Source: an uncultured Clostridia bacterium (GTDB lineage: Bacteria; Bacillota; Clostridia; TANB77; CAG-508). Taken from it: 64,000 bases of DNA. The notes below the pieces were generated by a model. The model saw only the letters and a program-made list of their open reading frames with translations, ran no database searches and was not told where the DNA came from. A program made the translations under genes and the position numbers. Below, piece by piece: positions 10,095 to 20,399 of the stretch. The stretch's first letter is position 1; the number at the start of each line of letters is the position of its first letter. The stretch covers positions 1,096-65,095 of the forward strand of contig CATJWN010000038.1 in the NCBI GenBank assembly GCA_949745595.1, in the 5' to 3' direction.

Positions 10095-11705
10095 ATGTCA
10101 AGCAGTTTAGGAATTTATATTGAAGATGACCTAATTAAATACGCAAAAGTAGTAAAAGAAAAAGATTCAATTAAAGTTGAAGCTTTTAATGTCATGTTCT
10201 ATGAAAAAAACAATTTAGCCGAAGCTATTGATAGAGTAATAAATGAAACATACAGCTTTAAAATTCCTATATGTATAAATGTTTCAGGAGAACTTTACAA
10301 TTACTATGATGTTTTTGCGCTATTAAATAAGGCTGATGTAAAGAAGTCATTAGATATTGAGTTTGATATGATGTGTAGTGAGAAGAACTACAATAAGAAC
10401 TCATTAGAAGCAAGATATATTTTAATGACTAATAAAGACGATAATGAAAAAGTAAAAGCACTTCATATCGCTGCAAACAAAAATGATATGAATAGAAAGC
10501 TACAGGCTTTTGGTAACTATAAAGTTAGCTCAATGACACCAATTTCTACTTCTATAACAAATATAGTTGATGTTTCACCGAAAGAGAATATTGCAATAAT
10601 AAATATAGAGAAAGAAACAAAAATCACTACTATAGCAGAAGGACAAATTACTAGAGTTGATACTATAGAAGCAGGTATGGGACAAATTTTAAAAGACATC
10701 AATATGACAGAAAATTCTATGCAAAAAGCTTATGAGGTTTGTAAGAATATAACAATCTATACACAAGACTCACAGAATTTACAATCTGAAGGTAGCGAAC
10801 ATTTAGAAGACATTATGCCAACTCTATATAAGATTGCTACAGAAAGTAAGCAAATTATAGAAAATTCAATGTCAAATATCACTAAAGTATATATTACTGG
10901 TCTTGGAACTGCTATAAATAATATAGATTTATATTTCCAAGAATATATGGTAAATTTGAAATGCGAATTATTAAAGCCATTCTTTGTAGAAAATTCTTCA
11001 GTTAAAATATCTGTTAAAGATTATATTGAAGTTAACTCTGCAATTGCACTTGCATTAAATGGTCTAGGATATGAAAACAAAGAACTTAACTTTATAAGTT
11101 CAAGAGTTATAACTGGACAAAATGTTAATTTAGATCAATTATTTAAAAACATGTTTTCAGCACAAGCCTTTAAAGAGCCATTAGCTGCAAGCGAAAAAAT
11201 GATGATTAGAATGATTCTATTAGTATTTGTTGGACTTATGGTATTTAGTGCTTTCTCTTTTGAGACTATGTCACAAATAGAAGAAAAGACAGCACAGATT
11301 AATTCAGAAATAACTACTGCAAGGACACAAATAACTATAGCTGATAGTGATTTAAGTAAAATCACAGGTAGAGCTAGCACATATTCAGCACTTATAAATA
11401 GTGTTAATAATTTGAACGAATCTTCTGATGGACAAACTTACACAAGAGTTGTTAGAAAAGATTCTGTTCCAAACTTATTAAATCAAATAATGTTTGTAAT
11501 TCCACAAAAAGTACAAGTTACTTCAATTAGAAATGAAGAGAATACAGAACATGTAATTATAGAAGCTCAATCAGAAAAATATGAGCAACTTGGTTACTTC
11601 AAAGCTGTACTTGATTCAAAAGGAGTACTTGTAAATGTTAAAGCTTCAAGTGGAATTAAAGATGGAAACATTGTAAAAGTTACAATAGAAGGAGATTTGC
11701 CATGA
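10095..11705 (+). CDS. Type IV pilus assembly protein, PilM-PilN fusion
   Basis: An N-terminal ~340-aa actin-like PilM region (LGIYIEDDLIKYAKV...), then a TM helix (MIRMILLVFVGLMVFSAF) and a PilN-like coiled coil and C-domain. First gene of the pilus operon. Confidence 0.65.
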   Translation: MSSSLGIYIEDDLIKYAKVVKEKDSIKVEAFNVMFYEKNNLAEAIDRVINETYSFKIPICINVSGELYNYYDVFALLNKADVKKSLDIEFDMMCSEKNYNKNSLEARYILMTNKDDNEKVKALHIAANKNDMNRKLQAFGNYKVSSMTPISTSITNIVDVSPKENIAIINIEKETKITTIAEGQITRVDTIEAGMGQILKDINMTENSMQKAYEVCKNITIYTQDSQNLQSEGSEHLEDIMPTLYKIATESKQIIENSMSNITKVYITGLGTAINNIDLYFQEYMVNLKCELLKPFFVENSSVKISVKDYIEVNSAIALALNGLGYENKELNFISSRVITGQNVNLDQLFKNMFSAQAFKEPLAASEKMMIRMILLVFVGLMVFSAFSFETMSQIEEKTAQINSEITTARTQITIADSDLSKITGRASTYSALINSVNNLNESSDGQTYTRVVRKDSVPNLLNQIMFVIPQKVQVTSIRNEENTEHVIIEAQSEKYEQLGYFKAVLDSKGVLVNVKASSGIKDGNIVKVTIEGDLP

Positions 11706-12493
11706 GAAAAATACTAATATGTTTAGTTTTAATAATTGCACTGTTTCTATGTTACTCAGTAGTTTCTAATGGATTTACAATAGGTGATATAAGGATAGCA
11801 AATTATAGTCAAGTAGGTGCAGCTAGCAAACAAATAGATACATTGATTGGTCAATTAGTTAATTTGAATAGTTCTGGATTGGATGCTAAGAAAAAGGAAA
11901 TTCAATCAGCTATATCAGACTATGGTAGCCAAAAAGAACAATATGAATCAATGAAAGAAGCTATGAATACTTCAATACAAGAAGCTGAACAAGAAATGAC
12001 TATGGTAGATATGTATGATATAGACTTCTTATGGACAATCATTGGTAACTATGCAACAGAAGAAGGCGTTAATTTAAAGATGGACCTTATGAAAAGTATT
12101 TTGTTTGCTGATTTAGATGTAACAGAATACACAATGTGTGATATGAAATTCACACTTACAGGAGATTATATAGCAATTACAGAATTGATATATGATATAG
12201 AGGATGACGATAGATTAGGCTTTGAAATTTCAAATTTTGAAATGGTTAAGGGTGGAGAAAATCTAATGGCAACCTTTACAGTAAAAGGAGTTCCAGTAAA
12301 TAACAGAACTCTATCAACAATACAAACATCTATAGATTCAAGCAGTGAAACAAACACAGACGGCAATACAACAGGCTCAAACAGTGTATCAGAAGCGACA
12401 AGTAATGCCTTAGAGAAAACTGGTCAATCACTTTCAAGTGGAAAGTTAAGAGATTCAAGTAATACAACTACAGCAAATGCTTTAGATATGTAA
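11702..12493 (+). CDS. PilO-like pilus assembly protein
   Basis: N-terminal TM helix, coiled coil and a globular domain. Overlaps the pilMN stop by 4 nt (translational coupling). Called from position and architecture only. Confidence 0.45.
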   Translation: MRKILICLVLIIALFLCYSVVSNGFTIGDIRIANYSQVGAASKQIDTLIGQLVNLNSSGLDAKKKEIQSAISDYGSQKEQYESMKEAMNTSIQEAEQEMTMVDMYDIDFLWTIIGNYATEEGVNLKMDLMKSILFADLDVTEYTMCDMKFTLTGDYIAITELIYDIEDDDRLGFEISNFEMVKGGENLMATFTVKGVPVNNRTLSTIQTSIDSSSETNTDGNTTGSNSVSEATSNALEKTGQSLSSGKLRDSSNTTTANALDM

Positions 12494-12523
12494 AATACTT
12501 TTAAAGTAGGAAAGGAAATATAG

Positions 12524-13003
12524 ATGAAAGTAGCAAAGGAAATTTTTATAATGGCATTGTTACTTATGATAGTAGTCTTTATGATAGGGCTAGTATTCTA
12601 TGAATATATGCCAAATAACAAAGTAATTCCAGAAGCAGTATCTTATTCTGCTGATAGCTCAACAACTAAAATACTTCAAGAGATAGCAGCAAGTACTGGT
12701 TCTGGTGATGATGATTCTTCAGGAGTAGATGATATATTACTTCAGTCTTACAGTATAGGACAACAAGAATTATCAACAGCGGCTTCAAAACATTCATATA
12801 CAAGTGGAAAAACAAATCCATTTGCTGAATATGTAGAGCCAGTTTCTAATACTGTAAATAATACTACAGTAAATGGAACTACTACTTCTCAGTCAACTAC
12901 AGCTTCACAAAAAGCTGCAAGTGGTTCAGTAAATAATAATAACAATAGTAATAAAAATAGTAGTTCAACAGGTTCTTTTTTCGAGAAACCTAATTCTAAA
13001 TAA
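12524..13003 (+). CDS. Membrane-anchored S/T/N-rich protein of the pilus operon (function unknown)
   Basis: TM helix (IFIMALLLMIVVFMIGLVFY) followed by low-complexity Ser/Thr/Asn sequence. Confidence 0.4.
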   Translation: MKVAKEIFIMALLLMIVVFMIGLVFYEYMPNNKVIPEAVSYSADSSTTKILQEIAASTGSGDDDSSGVDDILLQSYSIGQQELSTAASKHSYTSGKTNPFAEYVEPVSNTVNNTTVNGTTTSQSTTASQKAASGSVNNNNNSNKNSSSTGSFFEKPNSK

Positions 13004-13063
13004 TCGGATATATTTAAAACAAAATATATACAAATTTTTTTAAAATTCAAAGGAGGAAAAATT

Positions 13064-13573
13064 ATGTTTAAGGAACAAAAGGGTATCACATTAGTAGCAT
13101 TAGTTATCACAATTATCGTGCTATTAATATTAGCTGGTGTATCATTATCACTAGTAGTAGGGGATCAAGGAATCCTAACAAGAGCTCAATCAGCTGTTAC
13201 ATCAACAGAACAAGCAACAGCAGATCAAGAAATTCAATTAGGAATGGACGAAGCACAAATTGCTTACGTTGATGCTTGGACAAAGGATCAATCAGTACAA
13301 AGATTTGATTATTACAAACAATTATCACATTATACTAACAATTGTGTTAGTGCACAAGCGGTTAATGTGTATGTAAAGGAAGACGTAAGTAATGATACAG
13401 AAAAGAACATTGCTATTACTTATAAGACAAAATCAAATGTAATGTATCTTGCAGAATTTAATGCTAACAAGCCATCAACAACTTATTCAATAAAAGAAGT
13501 AGCAAAGGATACAACTGTACCAGAGGGATATTCAGTACCAACAACAAGCCCTGATACAACTAGTGGGTCATAA
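13064..13573 (+). CDS. Type IV pilin (prepilin with a short leader), paralog 1
   Basis: MFKEQKG|ITLVALVITIIVLLILAGV is a short basic leader ending in Gly followed by a hydrophobic helix. RBS AAAGGAGG. Confidence 0.8.
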   Translation: MFKEQKGITLVALVITIIVLLILAGVSLSLVVGDQGILTRAQSAVTSTEQATADQEIQLGMDEAQIAYVDAWTKDQSVQRFDYYKQLSHYTNNCVSAQAVNVYVKEDVSNDTEKNIAITYKTKSNVMYLAEFNANKPSTTYSIKEVAKDTTVPEGYSVPTTSPDTTSGS

Positions 13574-13610
13574 TGGGTAATAATTATAATATACAAGGGA
13601 GAAAAAGTTT

Positions 13611-14171
13611 ATGAAAAATCAAAAAGGTATAACTTTAATAGCACTTGTTATTACAATTATTGTGCTATTAATATTAGCAGGTGTAACTATTTCATTAACA
13701 GTAGGAAAAAATGGTGCTTTATCAAGAGCTAGAACAGCAGTTACTGCAAATGATTTAGCTTCTGCTGCGGAAGAAATAGGTATTGCAGCATCTGATGCAC
13801 AAATGCAATTCTATGAAGCTTGGAATACAAACCAAAGTGCTCAATCAATTAATTTTTATGCTAGAACAGGTGCAGGTAATGCTTATGCTGCTAACTGTAC
13901 AAAAGCAAAATCAGTAGCACTTGCTAAAGTCGAAGAGAATAATGAACAACACGTATATATAAAATATACAACAAATTCAGATATGGTAATATATTTTGAT
14001 ATGGTTGTTAATTCAGATGATACATCTTATGTATCAGAAGGATACTGTGACAAAGATCCAGCTATCAAAGATAATGCTGAAAAAAAAGCTATATTAGAAA
14101 AACTAAGTGCTACAACTATTAACTATATAGATGCTAAACCAGTTACAACTGGAACAGACACAACTAAATAG
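13611..14171 (+). CDS. Type IV pilin, paralog 2
   Basis: MKNQKG|ITLIALVITIIVLLILAGV is nearly identical to the N-terminal ~30 aa of the upstream pilin. The globular domain has diverged. Confidence 0.8.
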   Translation: MKNQKGITLIALVITIIVLLILAGVTISLTVGKNGALSRARTAVTANDLASAAEEIGIAASDAQMQFYEAWNTNQSAQSINFYARTGAGNAYAANCTKAKSVALAKVEENNEQHVYIKYTTNSDMVIYFDMVVNSDDTSYVSEGYCDKDPAIKDNAEKKAILEKLSATTINYIDAKPVTTGTDTTK

Positions 14172-14252
14172 TATTTAAAATTAAATAATTAACAATAATA
14201 AGGCATATGCATATATGAATGTATATGCCTATTATTAAAATAAGGGGAAAAA

Positions 14253-15023
14253 TTGGACATTTTTTATTACATAACAATGTTTATGATGGGAACAGTATTT
14301 GGAAGTTTTTTCACACTTGCTGTATATCGTATTCCGCTAAAAAAAGACATCACACATGAAAGATCTTTTTGCCCTATTTGTAATCACAAACTAGGTTTTT
14401 GGGATATGATACCAATATTAAGTTATCTTATAGCAAGAGGAAAATGCAGATATTGTGGAGAGAAAATAAGGATAAGATATCTTATTTTAGAAGTTTTATC
14501 TGGAATGGTATTTTTGACTGAATATATTGCATTAAATATGCACTTCCCATATTTGAATTTTGGGAAAATAGTATTCTTTATTTCTTTTATTTTTATGTAT
14601 GTCACAATAGCGATTTTAAGTGGTATAGATAAGGAGAATAGAAATATACACAAAGGTGTGCTTATATTTGGCTTCATAATGCAAGGCTTATATATTTTAT
14701 ATCTATATATAGTACAAAAAACTAATATGTATAGATATGGTATGTATTTATGTATAATGATAGTTTTATACATAATAGATATTGTTTCCATAAAGAAAAC
14801 AGGAAAGAGTAAGTACATATTACAAGTTTTGATGTTATACTCATATATTGGAGCAGTATTAAACGTTAAACTGCTTGGAATAACTATTTTACTTGCTCTA
14901 GTAATTGCGTTTTTTAATTACTTACATAAAAAGACAAAATATGAGGAAACACGTTTTGGTTTCCTATTAGGCATGTCAGCTATTTGTATAGCTATTGTTA
15001 ATACTTTTATAACATATATGTAA
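14253..15023 (+). CDS. pilD: Prepilin peptidase (A24 family)
   Basis: N-terminal zinc-ribbon motif CPICNHKL...CRYCGEKI plus a polytopic membrane domain. Confidence 0.8.
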   Translation: MDIFYYITMFMMGTVFGSFFTLAVYRIPLKKDITHERSFCPICNHKLGFWDMIPILSYLIARGKCRYCGEKIRIRYLILEVLSGMVFLTEYIALNMHFPYLNFGKIVFFISFIFMYVTIAILSGIDKENRNIHKGVLIFGFIMQGLYILYLYIVQKTNMYRYGMYLCIMIVLYIIDIVSIKKTGKSKYILQVLMLYSYIGAVLNVKLLGITILLALVIAFFNYLHKKTKYEETRFGFLLGMSAICIAIVNTFITYM

Positions 15024-15039
15024 ATGAGGGACTTAGGGT

Positions 15040-16065
15040 ATGAAGAATTTTTTTAAAAAGTTAAAAAGTGAAAAAGGTGCTACTGGTGTTGATGTAGTTG
15101 TGGCAGCTGCAATGATACTTATGACTATAACAGTAGTGTCTATTTTGTATGTTAATACTTCACTTCAATCAAGAAATATAACAAGGACAGCAGGAGCTAC
15201 AAGGATTGCAACTAATATTGCGGAAAATATTCAAGCACTTTCTTACGAGGAGTTTGTTTATTCATATAACGGTATTGCAGTTACAGAAGAGTATAAGGGT
15301 GAAGAATATCGTATGATACAAGGCTCAGACTCTAATTACAAAATTTTTGACACAAAAATACCTACTGGATATAATTTCTATATAAGAGCAAACGAAGTGT
15401 ATGGGAGTCATTTAGATAAAAAAGAGCAATTCGATTTAGTAAGAGATATTGAAATCGTTTTGACTTACAAATTAGGCGACAATATTGAAGATATAAGTTT
15501 TTCATTAACTAAACAAAGAGAAATTATAGGTGAGTGCAATGCTCCAGAAATGACGTATTTACGTAGTATGGGTGTTACGAACTCAAATACTAATGCATAT
15601 CCGATAAAATACGTTGAAACAATAGGATCTTATGTAAAAACAACAGTAGACGATGTAGATTGGTACGATTATTCAAATAAAAAATGGGCAATTATATTAG
15701 TTTCTGATAAGGCAGAGAAAGATTTATTTGATGTAAATGGAAAATATACAGGTGTAGCGGCGGCAAAGTATATGTGGATTCCAGCTTTTTTTGTAAACGA
15801 TAAAGGAGATGAATTTAGAGCCTTTCGCTATAATGGATCAGAACAGATTATAACCAGAAGCTCATTAACATCTTTAGCTGACGACGAGGGAAAGACTAGT
15901 ACTTTTAATTATTATACTTTTGATGCTAAGCCATCAGATTATTATAAAATCACTGAAGATACAAATACGGGGAAATGGGTAGAAATGAGGCAAGACAGCC
16001 TTACTAATGTTGTGGAAGCAAAAGTTCTAAACAATTCAGCATATGGACCATTTATAATTCATTAG
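15040..16065 (+). CDS. Minor pilin-like protein
   Basis: MKNFFKKLKSEKG|ATGVDVVVAAAMILMTITVV is a prepilin-like leader with Asp at +5. Sits between pilD and pilB. Confidence 0.5.
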   Translation: MKNFFKKLKSEKGATGVDVVVAAAMILMTITVVSILYVNTSLQSRNITRTAGATRIATNIAENIQALSYEEFVYSYNGIAVTEEYKGEEYRMIQGSDSNYKIFDTKIPTGYNFYIRANEVYGSHLDKKEQFDLVRDIEIVLTYKLGDNIEDISFSLTKQREIIGECNAPEMTYLRSMGVTNSNTNAYPIKYVETIGSYVKTTVDDVDWYDYSNKKWAIILVSDKAEKDLFDVNGKYTGVAAAKYMWIPAFFVNDKGDEFRAFRYNGSEQIITRSSLTSLADDEGKTSTFNYYTFDAKPSDYYKITEDTNTGKWVEMRQDSLTNVVEAKVLNNSAYGPFIIH

Positions 16066-16190
16066 TAACAAAAACATACAAAATTTTACAAAAGTGTTAA
16101 GTTTATGTAACTTTGCAAAAAGTATTTATTTTGTCGAAAATATAGGATATAATAGATATAGTTGAACAAAGGACGAAAGGAGTAATTCAA

Positions 16191-17819
16191 ATGGCATTAA
16201 ACGGGAAAGCGCCAATGGGCGTTGAATTAGTTAAGAAAGGCGTTGTTACAGAAAGTGACATACAAACTGCTATTGAATACCAAAAAGAACATCCAGATAA
16301 GAAAATTGGAGATATATTAAATATTCTAAACTTGTGTCCACAAGGTGAACTTATTAAAGCCATGGGTGAGGTTTTAAGTGAAAAGGTTATTATACTTAAA
16401 CCAGATAATATATCTATAAATATCACAGAATATATGTCTTTAGATGTATGTAAATCTTGTAAAGCTATTGTATTCGATGTAATGGGTTCTAAAGCTAAAG
16501 TTTGCTTTGCAGATACTGCAAATAAAAGAGCTATTGAACAAGTAAGACTTATATTATTAAACCGTGGTTTAGTAATGGAGAAATATCTTACTTTTGAGTC
16601 TGTTATTGATACTGTTTTAGAATCATTAGATGGAAAAGCTGGAGGAAACATAGCAGCTACGGGTGATGTTACTGGTTTAATTGATACGATTATAAAGACA
16701 GCTATGGAAAAAAGGGCAAGTGATATTCACGTTGAGCCTTTAGAAAATACCATTAGAATTAGATACAGAATAGATGGTGAATTAGTTACAGTAGCAAGTA
16801 TTGATAAACAAAGGATAACTCAAGTTATTGGTAGATTAAAAGCTATTTCTAATATGCACCAAGAAAAACAAGAATCACAAGACGGTAGAATTTCATTATA
16901 TAATGATTATAATATCCGTGTATCTTCACAAAAAACAGTAAATGGTGAAAAATTCTGTTTACGTTTACTTAAGAAAAATGCAGGAGTTAGAAATATCTTT
17001 GATTTAGGTTTCCCTAATGACGAAGGTATACTAAAGAAATGTTTCGATAAGAGAAACAGTATTACGGTTATTGCAGCACCTACTGGTGAAGGTAAAACAA
17101 CAACTCTATATAGTGTTTTAGATTACTTAAATAAGCCAGAAATTAATGTTACTACAGTTGAGGATCCAGTTGAAATTCGTGTTTCTGGAATTAATCAAAT
17201 TGAAATAGATGCAAAAACAAATTTCTCTGATTCTTTAAGAACTATATTAAGACAAGATCCTGATATAATTCTTTTAGGAGAAATTCGTGACTTAGAAACA
17301 GCTGAAATAGCTTTCCAAGCAGGACAAACAGGTCACTATGTTTTATCTACAATACACACAATAAATGCAGTTGAGGTTATTACAAGACTTCGTAAAATGG
17401 GTATTTCTGATTATGATATTGCAAGTACTCTTGCAACATCTGTTTCACAAAGATTGATTAGAAGAATTTGCCCACATTGTGCAGTAAAGAGAAAATTTAC
17501 TCAGCAAGAGAAAAGTCTTATTAATAAATTGGCATCAAAGTATGGAGATGAATTTGATTTTTCTGAAAAATATACTTATGATACAAAAGGCTGTAAAGAG
17601 TGTAACTATACAGGTTACTTAGACAGAATTGCAGCATTTGAAATATTAGAAATTACAGAATCAGTTAGAGAACTAATTTCTGAAGCAGCATCAAGTTTGA
17701 AAATAAGAGAACAAGCTGTAAAAGAAGGCTATAGACCTTTATATATAGATGCACTTCAAAAAGTTGTTGATGGATATGTAACATTAGAAGAAGTTAACAA
17801 GAAATTAGTATTATTCTAA
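16191..17819 (+). CDS. pilB: Type IV pilus extension ATPase (GspE/PilB family)
   Basis: N-terminal T2SSE_N-like domain, Walker A APTGEGKTTTL, Asp/His boxes and a tetracysteine motif (CPHC...CKEC). Confidence 0.9.
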   Translation: MALNGKAPMGVELVKKGVVTESDIQTAIEYQKEHPDKKIGDILNILNLCPQGELIKAMGEVLSEKVIILKPDNISINITEYMSLDVCKSCKAIVFDVMGSKAKVCFADTANKRAIEQVRLILLNRGLVMEKYLTFESVIDTVLESLDGKAGGNIAATGDVTGLIDTIIKTAMEKRASDIHVEPLENTIRIRYRIDGELVTVASIDKQRITQVIGRLKAISNMHQEKQESQDGRISLYNDYNIRVSSQKTVNGEKFCLRLLKKNAGVRNIFDLGFPNDEGILKKCFDKRNSITVIAAPTGEGKTTTLYSVLDYLNKPEINVTTVEDPVEIRVSGINQIEIDAKTNFSDSLRTILRQDPDIILLGEIRDLETAEIAFQAGQTGHYVLSTIHTINAVEVITRLRKMGISDYDIASTLATSVSQRLIRRICPHCAVKRKFTQQEKSLINKLASKYGDEFDFSEKYTYDTKGCKECNYTGYLDRIAAFEILEITESVRELISEAASSLKIREQAVKEGYRPLYIDALQKVVDGYVTLEEVNKKLVLF

Positions 17820-17842
17820 AGATAAGGTGAGGGAAAGAAAAG

Positions 17843-18955
17843 ATGTTATTGATTGAAAGTGTTATAAAAGAAGCGGTATTAAAAGATGCATCAGATATCC
17901 ATTTAATGTGTGGCTTAAAACCAATTTTAAGAATTAGAAGATCATTAGTTGAAGTTTCTGACACAAAACCACTAGACGAAAATGATTTATATGATGTATA
18001 TGATTATATAGTTCGTGGCAATGTCGATAAGGACAATGTTTACAAGCAAGAAAGAAAACTAGATACTTCGCTTGTTTTTGGAGATGTACGTCTGAGAGTT
18101 AACTGTTCTTACGCTGATGATATGCCAGTATTTACAATGCGTATTATCAAAAATGAATTACCTAAATATGAAGATTTAGGATTACCTGAAATTGTAAAAG
18201 CAATGACATATCAACCACAAGGCTTAATACTTGTTACAGGTAAAACAAACTCTGGTAAATCAACAACATTAAATTGCCTAATAGACGATATAAATAGAAA
18301 ACAAAATAAAAAAATTCTTACACTAGAAAGCCCAGTTGAGTATAAGCATACAAGTAAAAAGTCTATTATTGTACAAAAAGAGGTAGGACCAGGAAAAGAC
18401 TCAGCTACTTTTAGTGATGGAGCTAAGAATGCTCTTCGTGAAGATTGTGATATCCTAGTAATAGGAGAAATTAGAGATAAAATCACAATGGAAGCAGCTA
18501 TTGATATGGCTGAATCTGGACATTTAGTTATAGGTACTTTGCATACAAAATCTTGTGCAGAGACTGTCGACAGAATGGTTAACTTCTATGATGTTAGAGA
18601 TCAATCAACTGTAAAAAACCTATTATCTTCACTTTTAAAATTAGTTGTTTCTCAAAGACTACTTAAAGCGCCAAAAGGAAATGAATTGGTTTTAGTTCCA
18701 GAGATAATGGTAGTTGATAATGCTATAGCAGCTTGTATTAGAAAAGAAAAATTCAGCACTTCTGAAATAGAAGATGCTATTCAAGGTAACTTAGATAAAG
18801 GAAGTATAGGTTTAGTAAATTCACTTGCAAATTTGTATGTTACTGGAAAATTATCTTTAGAACAAGTAAAATCTCAAGTTGAAGAGAAAAACTATGAAAC
18901 TTTAAATAGAACAATAATGCAATTGAACTTAAAGAAAGGTTCAGGAGCTAAATAA
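17843..18955 (+). CDS. pilT: Twitching-motility / retraction ATPase (PilT family)
   Basis: 370 aa. ASDIHLMCGLKPILRIRR, Walker A GKTNSGKSTTL and GTLHT. Confidence 0.85.
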   Translation: MLLIESVIKEAVLKDASDIHLMCGLKPILRIRRSLVEVSDTKPLDENDLYDVYDYIVRGNVDKDNVYKQERKLDTSLVFGDVRLRVNCSYADDMPVFTMRIIKNELPKYEDLGLPEIVKAMTYQPQGLILVTGKTNSGKSTTLNCLIDDINRKQNKKILTLESPVEYKHTSKKSIIVQKEVGPGKDSATFSDGAKNALREDCDILVIGEIRDKITMEAAIDMAESGHLVIGTLHTKSCAETVDRMVNFYDVRDQSTVKNLLSSLLKLVVSQRLLKAPKGNELVLVPEIMVVDNAIAACIRKEKFSTSEIEDAIQGNLDKGSIGLVNSLANLYVTGKLSLEQVKSQVEEKNYETLNRTIMQLNLKKGSGAK

Positions 18956-18974
18956 ATATAAATGGAGGTAAAAG

Positions 18975-20327
18975 ATGCCAACTTTTGTATATAAAGCAAT
19001 CACCCCACAAGGTCAAGTTATAAAATCTAAAATGGATGATGCTTCTAAATTAAGTTGTGTGAAAAGATTAAAAAGAAATGGTTTAACACCTGTTAGTATT
19101 TCTCAAACTATTACTATTACAAGAGGTAATAAAAAAGAGAGAAATGTAGGTAAAACTAAAAAGCAAGTTAAACCAAATTTTGAACCTACAGCAATAGTTG
19201 GAGCTAAAAGAGGTAAAAAGAAAAGAACCTTTATTGAAAAAATAGATAAGGCTCTAGCTGCTACTGAAAAAATTACATTTAGAGATATAAGAGTATTTTC
19301 ACAAAACTTTTATTTATTGAAAAAAGCTAATTTCAATAATATACATGCATTGTCAACAGTTATTGAAACTACTGAGAATCCAAAATTAAAAGTTATTTTG
19401 GAGGATATATTAGCAGGTGTAGAATCTGGTGAATTCATGTATACAACAATGGAATATTATGACAATGTATTTCCATACATATATATTAACATGGTAAAAG
19501 TAGGTGAACTTTCAGGATCACTAGAACGTTCTCTACAACAAGGTGTAAAATATCTAGATGATACAGATGCAGTAACTAGAAAATTAAAAAGAATATTATT
19601 ACCAAATATAGCAATGTTTATTGGTATTATAGTTATGTTATTCGTTGCTGTAATTTTTGGTATACCAATGTTAGAAGGTGTTTTTGATCAATTAGGTGCA
19701 GAAGCACAATTACCAGCATTAACACTTTGGTTTGCAGATTTTGTAGACTTAGTAATGGAATACTGGTACATACCAGTTGGTCTAATATCTCTGGCATTCC
19801 TATTGGTTTACCTGTACATACGAACGCCTAGGGGTAGATATAATTTTGACTATTTCAAATATACAATGCCAATATTTGGTAAGTTGATATATTTATTAGA
19901 TTTTTCAAGGTTAATGAAAGCAACATTACTTAACTTACAAAATGGTATGAGGATTCAGGACTCATTAGAAGTTAGTAAGAACGTTGTTAAAAACACAGTT
20001 ATGCTTTCTATGATAGAAACATCAATCAACAATATTTTTGTTGGTCAATCTTGGATAGAGCCTTTTGAGAGTACAAGACTTGCAAATGCAATGACAATCG
20101 AAATGCTGAAGATTGGTATGCAAACTGACTTAACAGAAATGTTAGAGAAATTATTGGAATATATGGACCAAGATATAGACAATACAATGGAAAAGATAAT
20201 GAAGGTTTTACCAGAGGTATCTTATGCTATCGTTGGTGTAGTTTTAATCTTCTTCGTTATCGTTGTACTTGTACCTTGTATCCAAATGTACATGGGTAAC
20301 TTCTTATTCGACGCATATTTATCATAA
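18975..20327 (+). CDS. pilC: Type IV pilus platform protein (GspF/PilC family)
   Basis: 450 aa. Two-repeat architecture with TM segments, and the position after pilB-pilT. Confidence 0.8.
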   Translation: MPTFVYKAITPQGQVIKSKMDDASKLSCVKRLKRNGLTPVSISQTITITRGNKKERNVGKTKKQVKPNFEPTAIVGAKRGKKKRTFIEKIDKALAATEKITFRDIRVFSQNFYLLKKANFNNIHALSTVIETTENPKLKVILEDILAGVESGEFMYTTMEYYDNVFPYIYINMVKVGELSGSLERSLQQGVKYLDDTDAVTRKLKRILLPNIAMFIGIIVMLFVAVIFGIPMLEGVFDQLGAEAQLPALTLWFADFVDLVMEYWYIPVGLISLAFLLVYLYIRTPRGRYNFDYFKYTMPIFGKLIYLLDFSRLMKATLLNLQNGMRIQDSLEVSKNVVKNTVMLSMIETSINNIFVGQSWIEPFESTRLANAMTIEMLKIGMQTDLTEMLEKLLEYMDQDIDNTMEKIMKVLPEVSYAIVGVVLIFFVIVVLVPCIQMYMGNFLFDAYLS

Positions 20328-20355
20328 TAAGATTGATTGAGGAGTATAAATTAAA

Positions 20356-20384
20356 AAAGGAGAGCCAAAAAGCTCTCCTTTTTA
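20356..20384 (+). terminator. Terminator after pilC
   Basis: aaggagagc-caaaaa-gctctcctt hairpin followed by a T-run. Confidence 0.7.
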
Positions 20385-20399
20385 AGTAGGAGGACTTAA

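Noticed and set aside
16187-16651. 154-aa minus-strand ORF opposite the pilB N-terminus. Similar antisense ORFs lie at 14423-14818, 41744-42112, 47119-47502 and elsewhere.
   Set aside because: All are nested antisense to genes that have clear family signatures. None has a convincing RBS.
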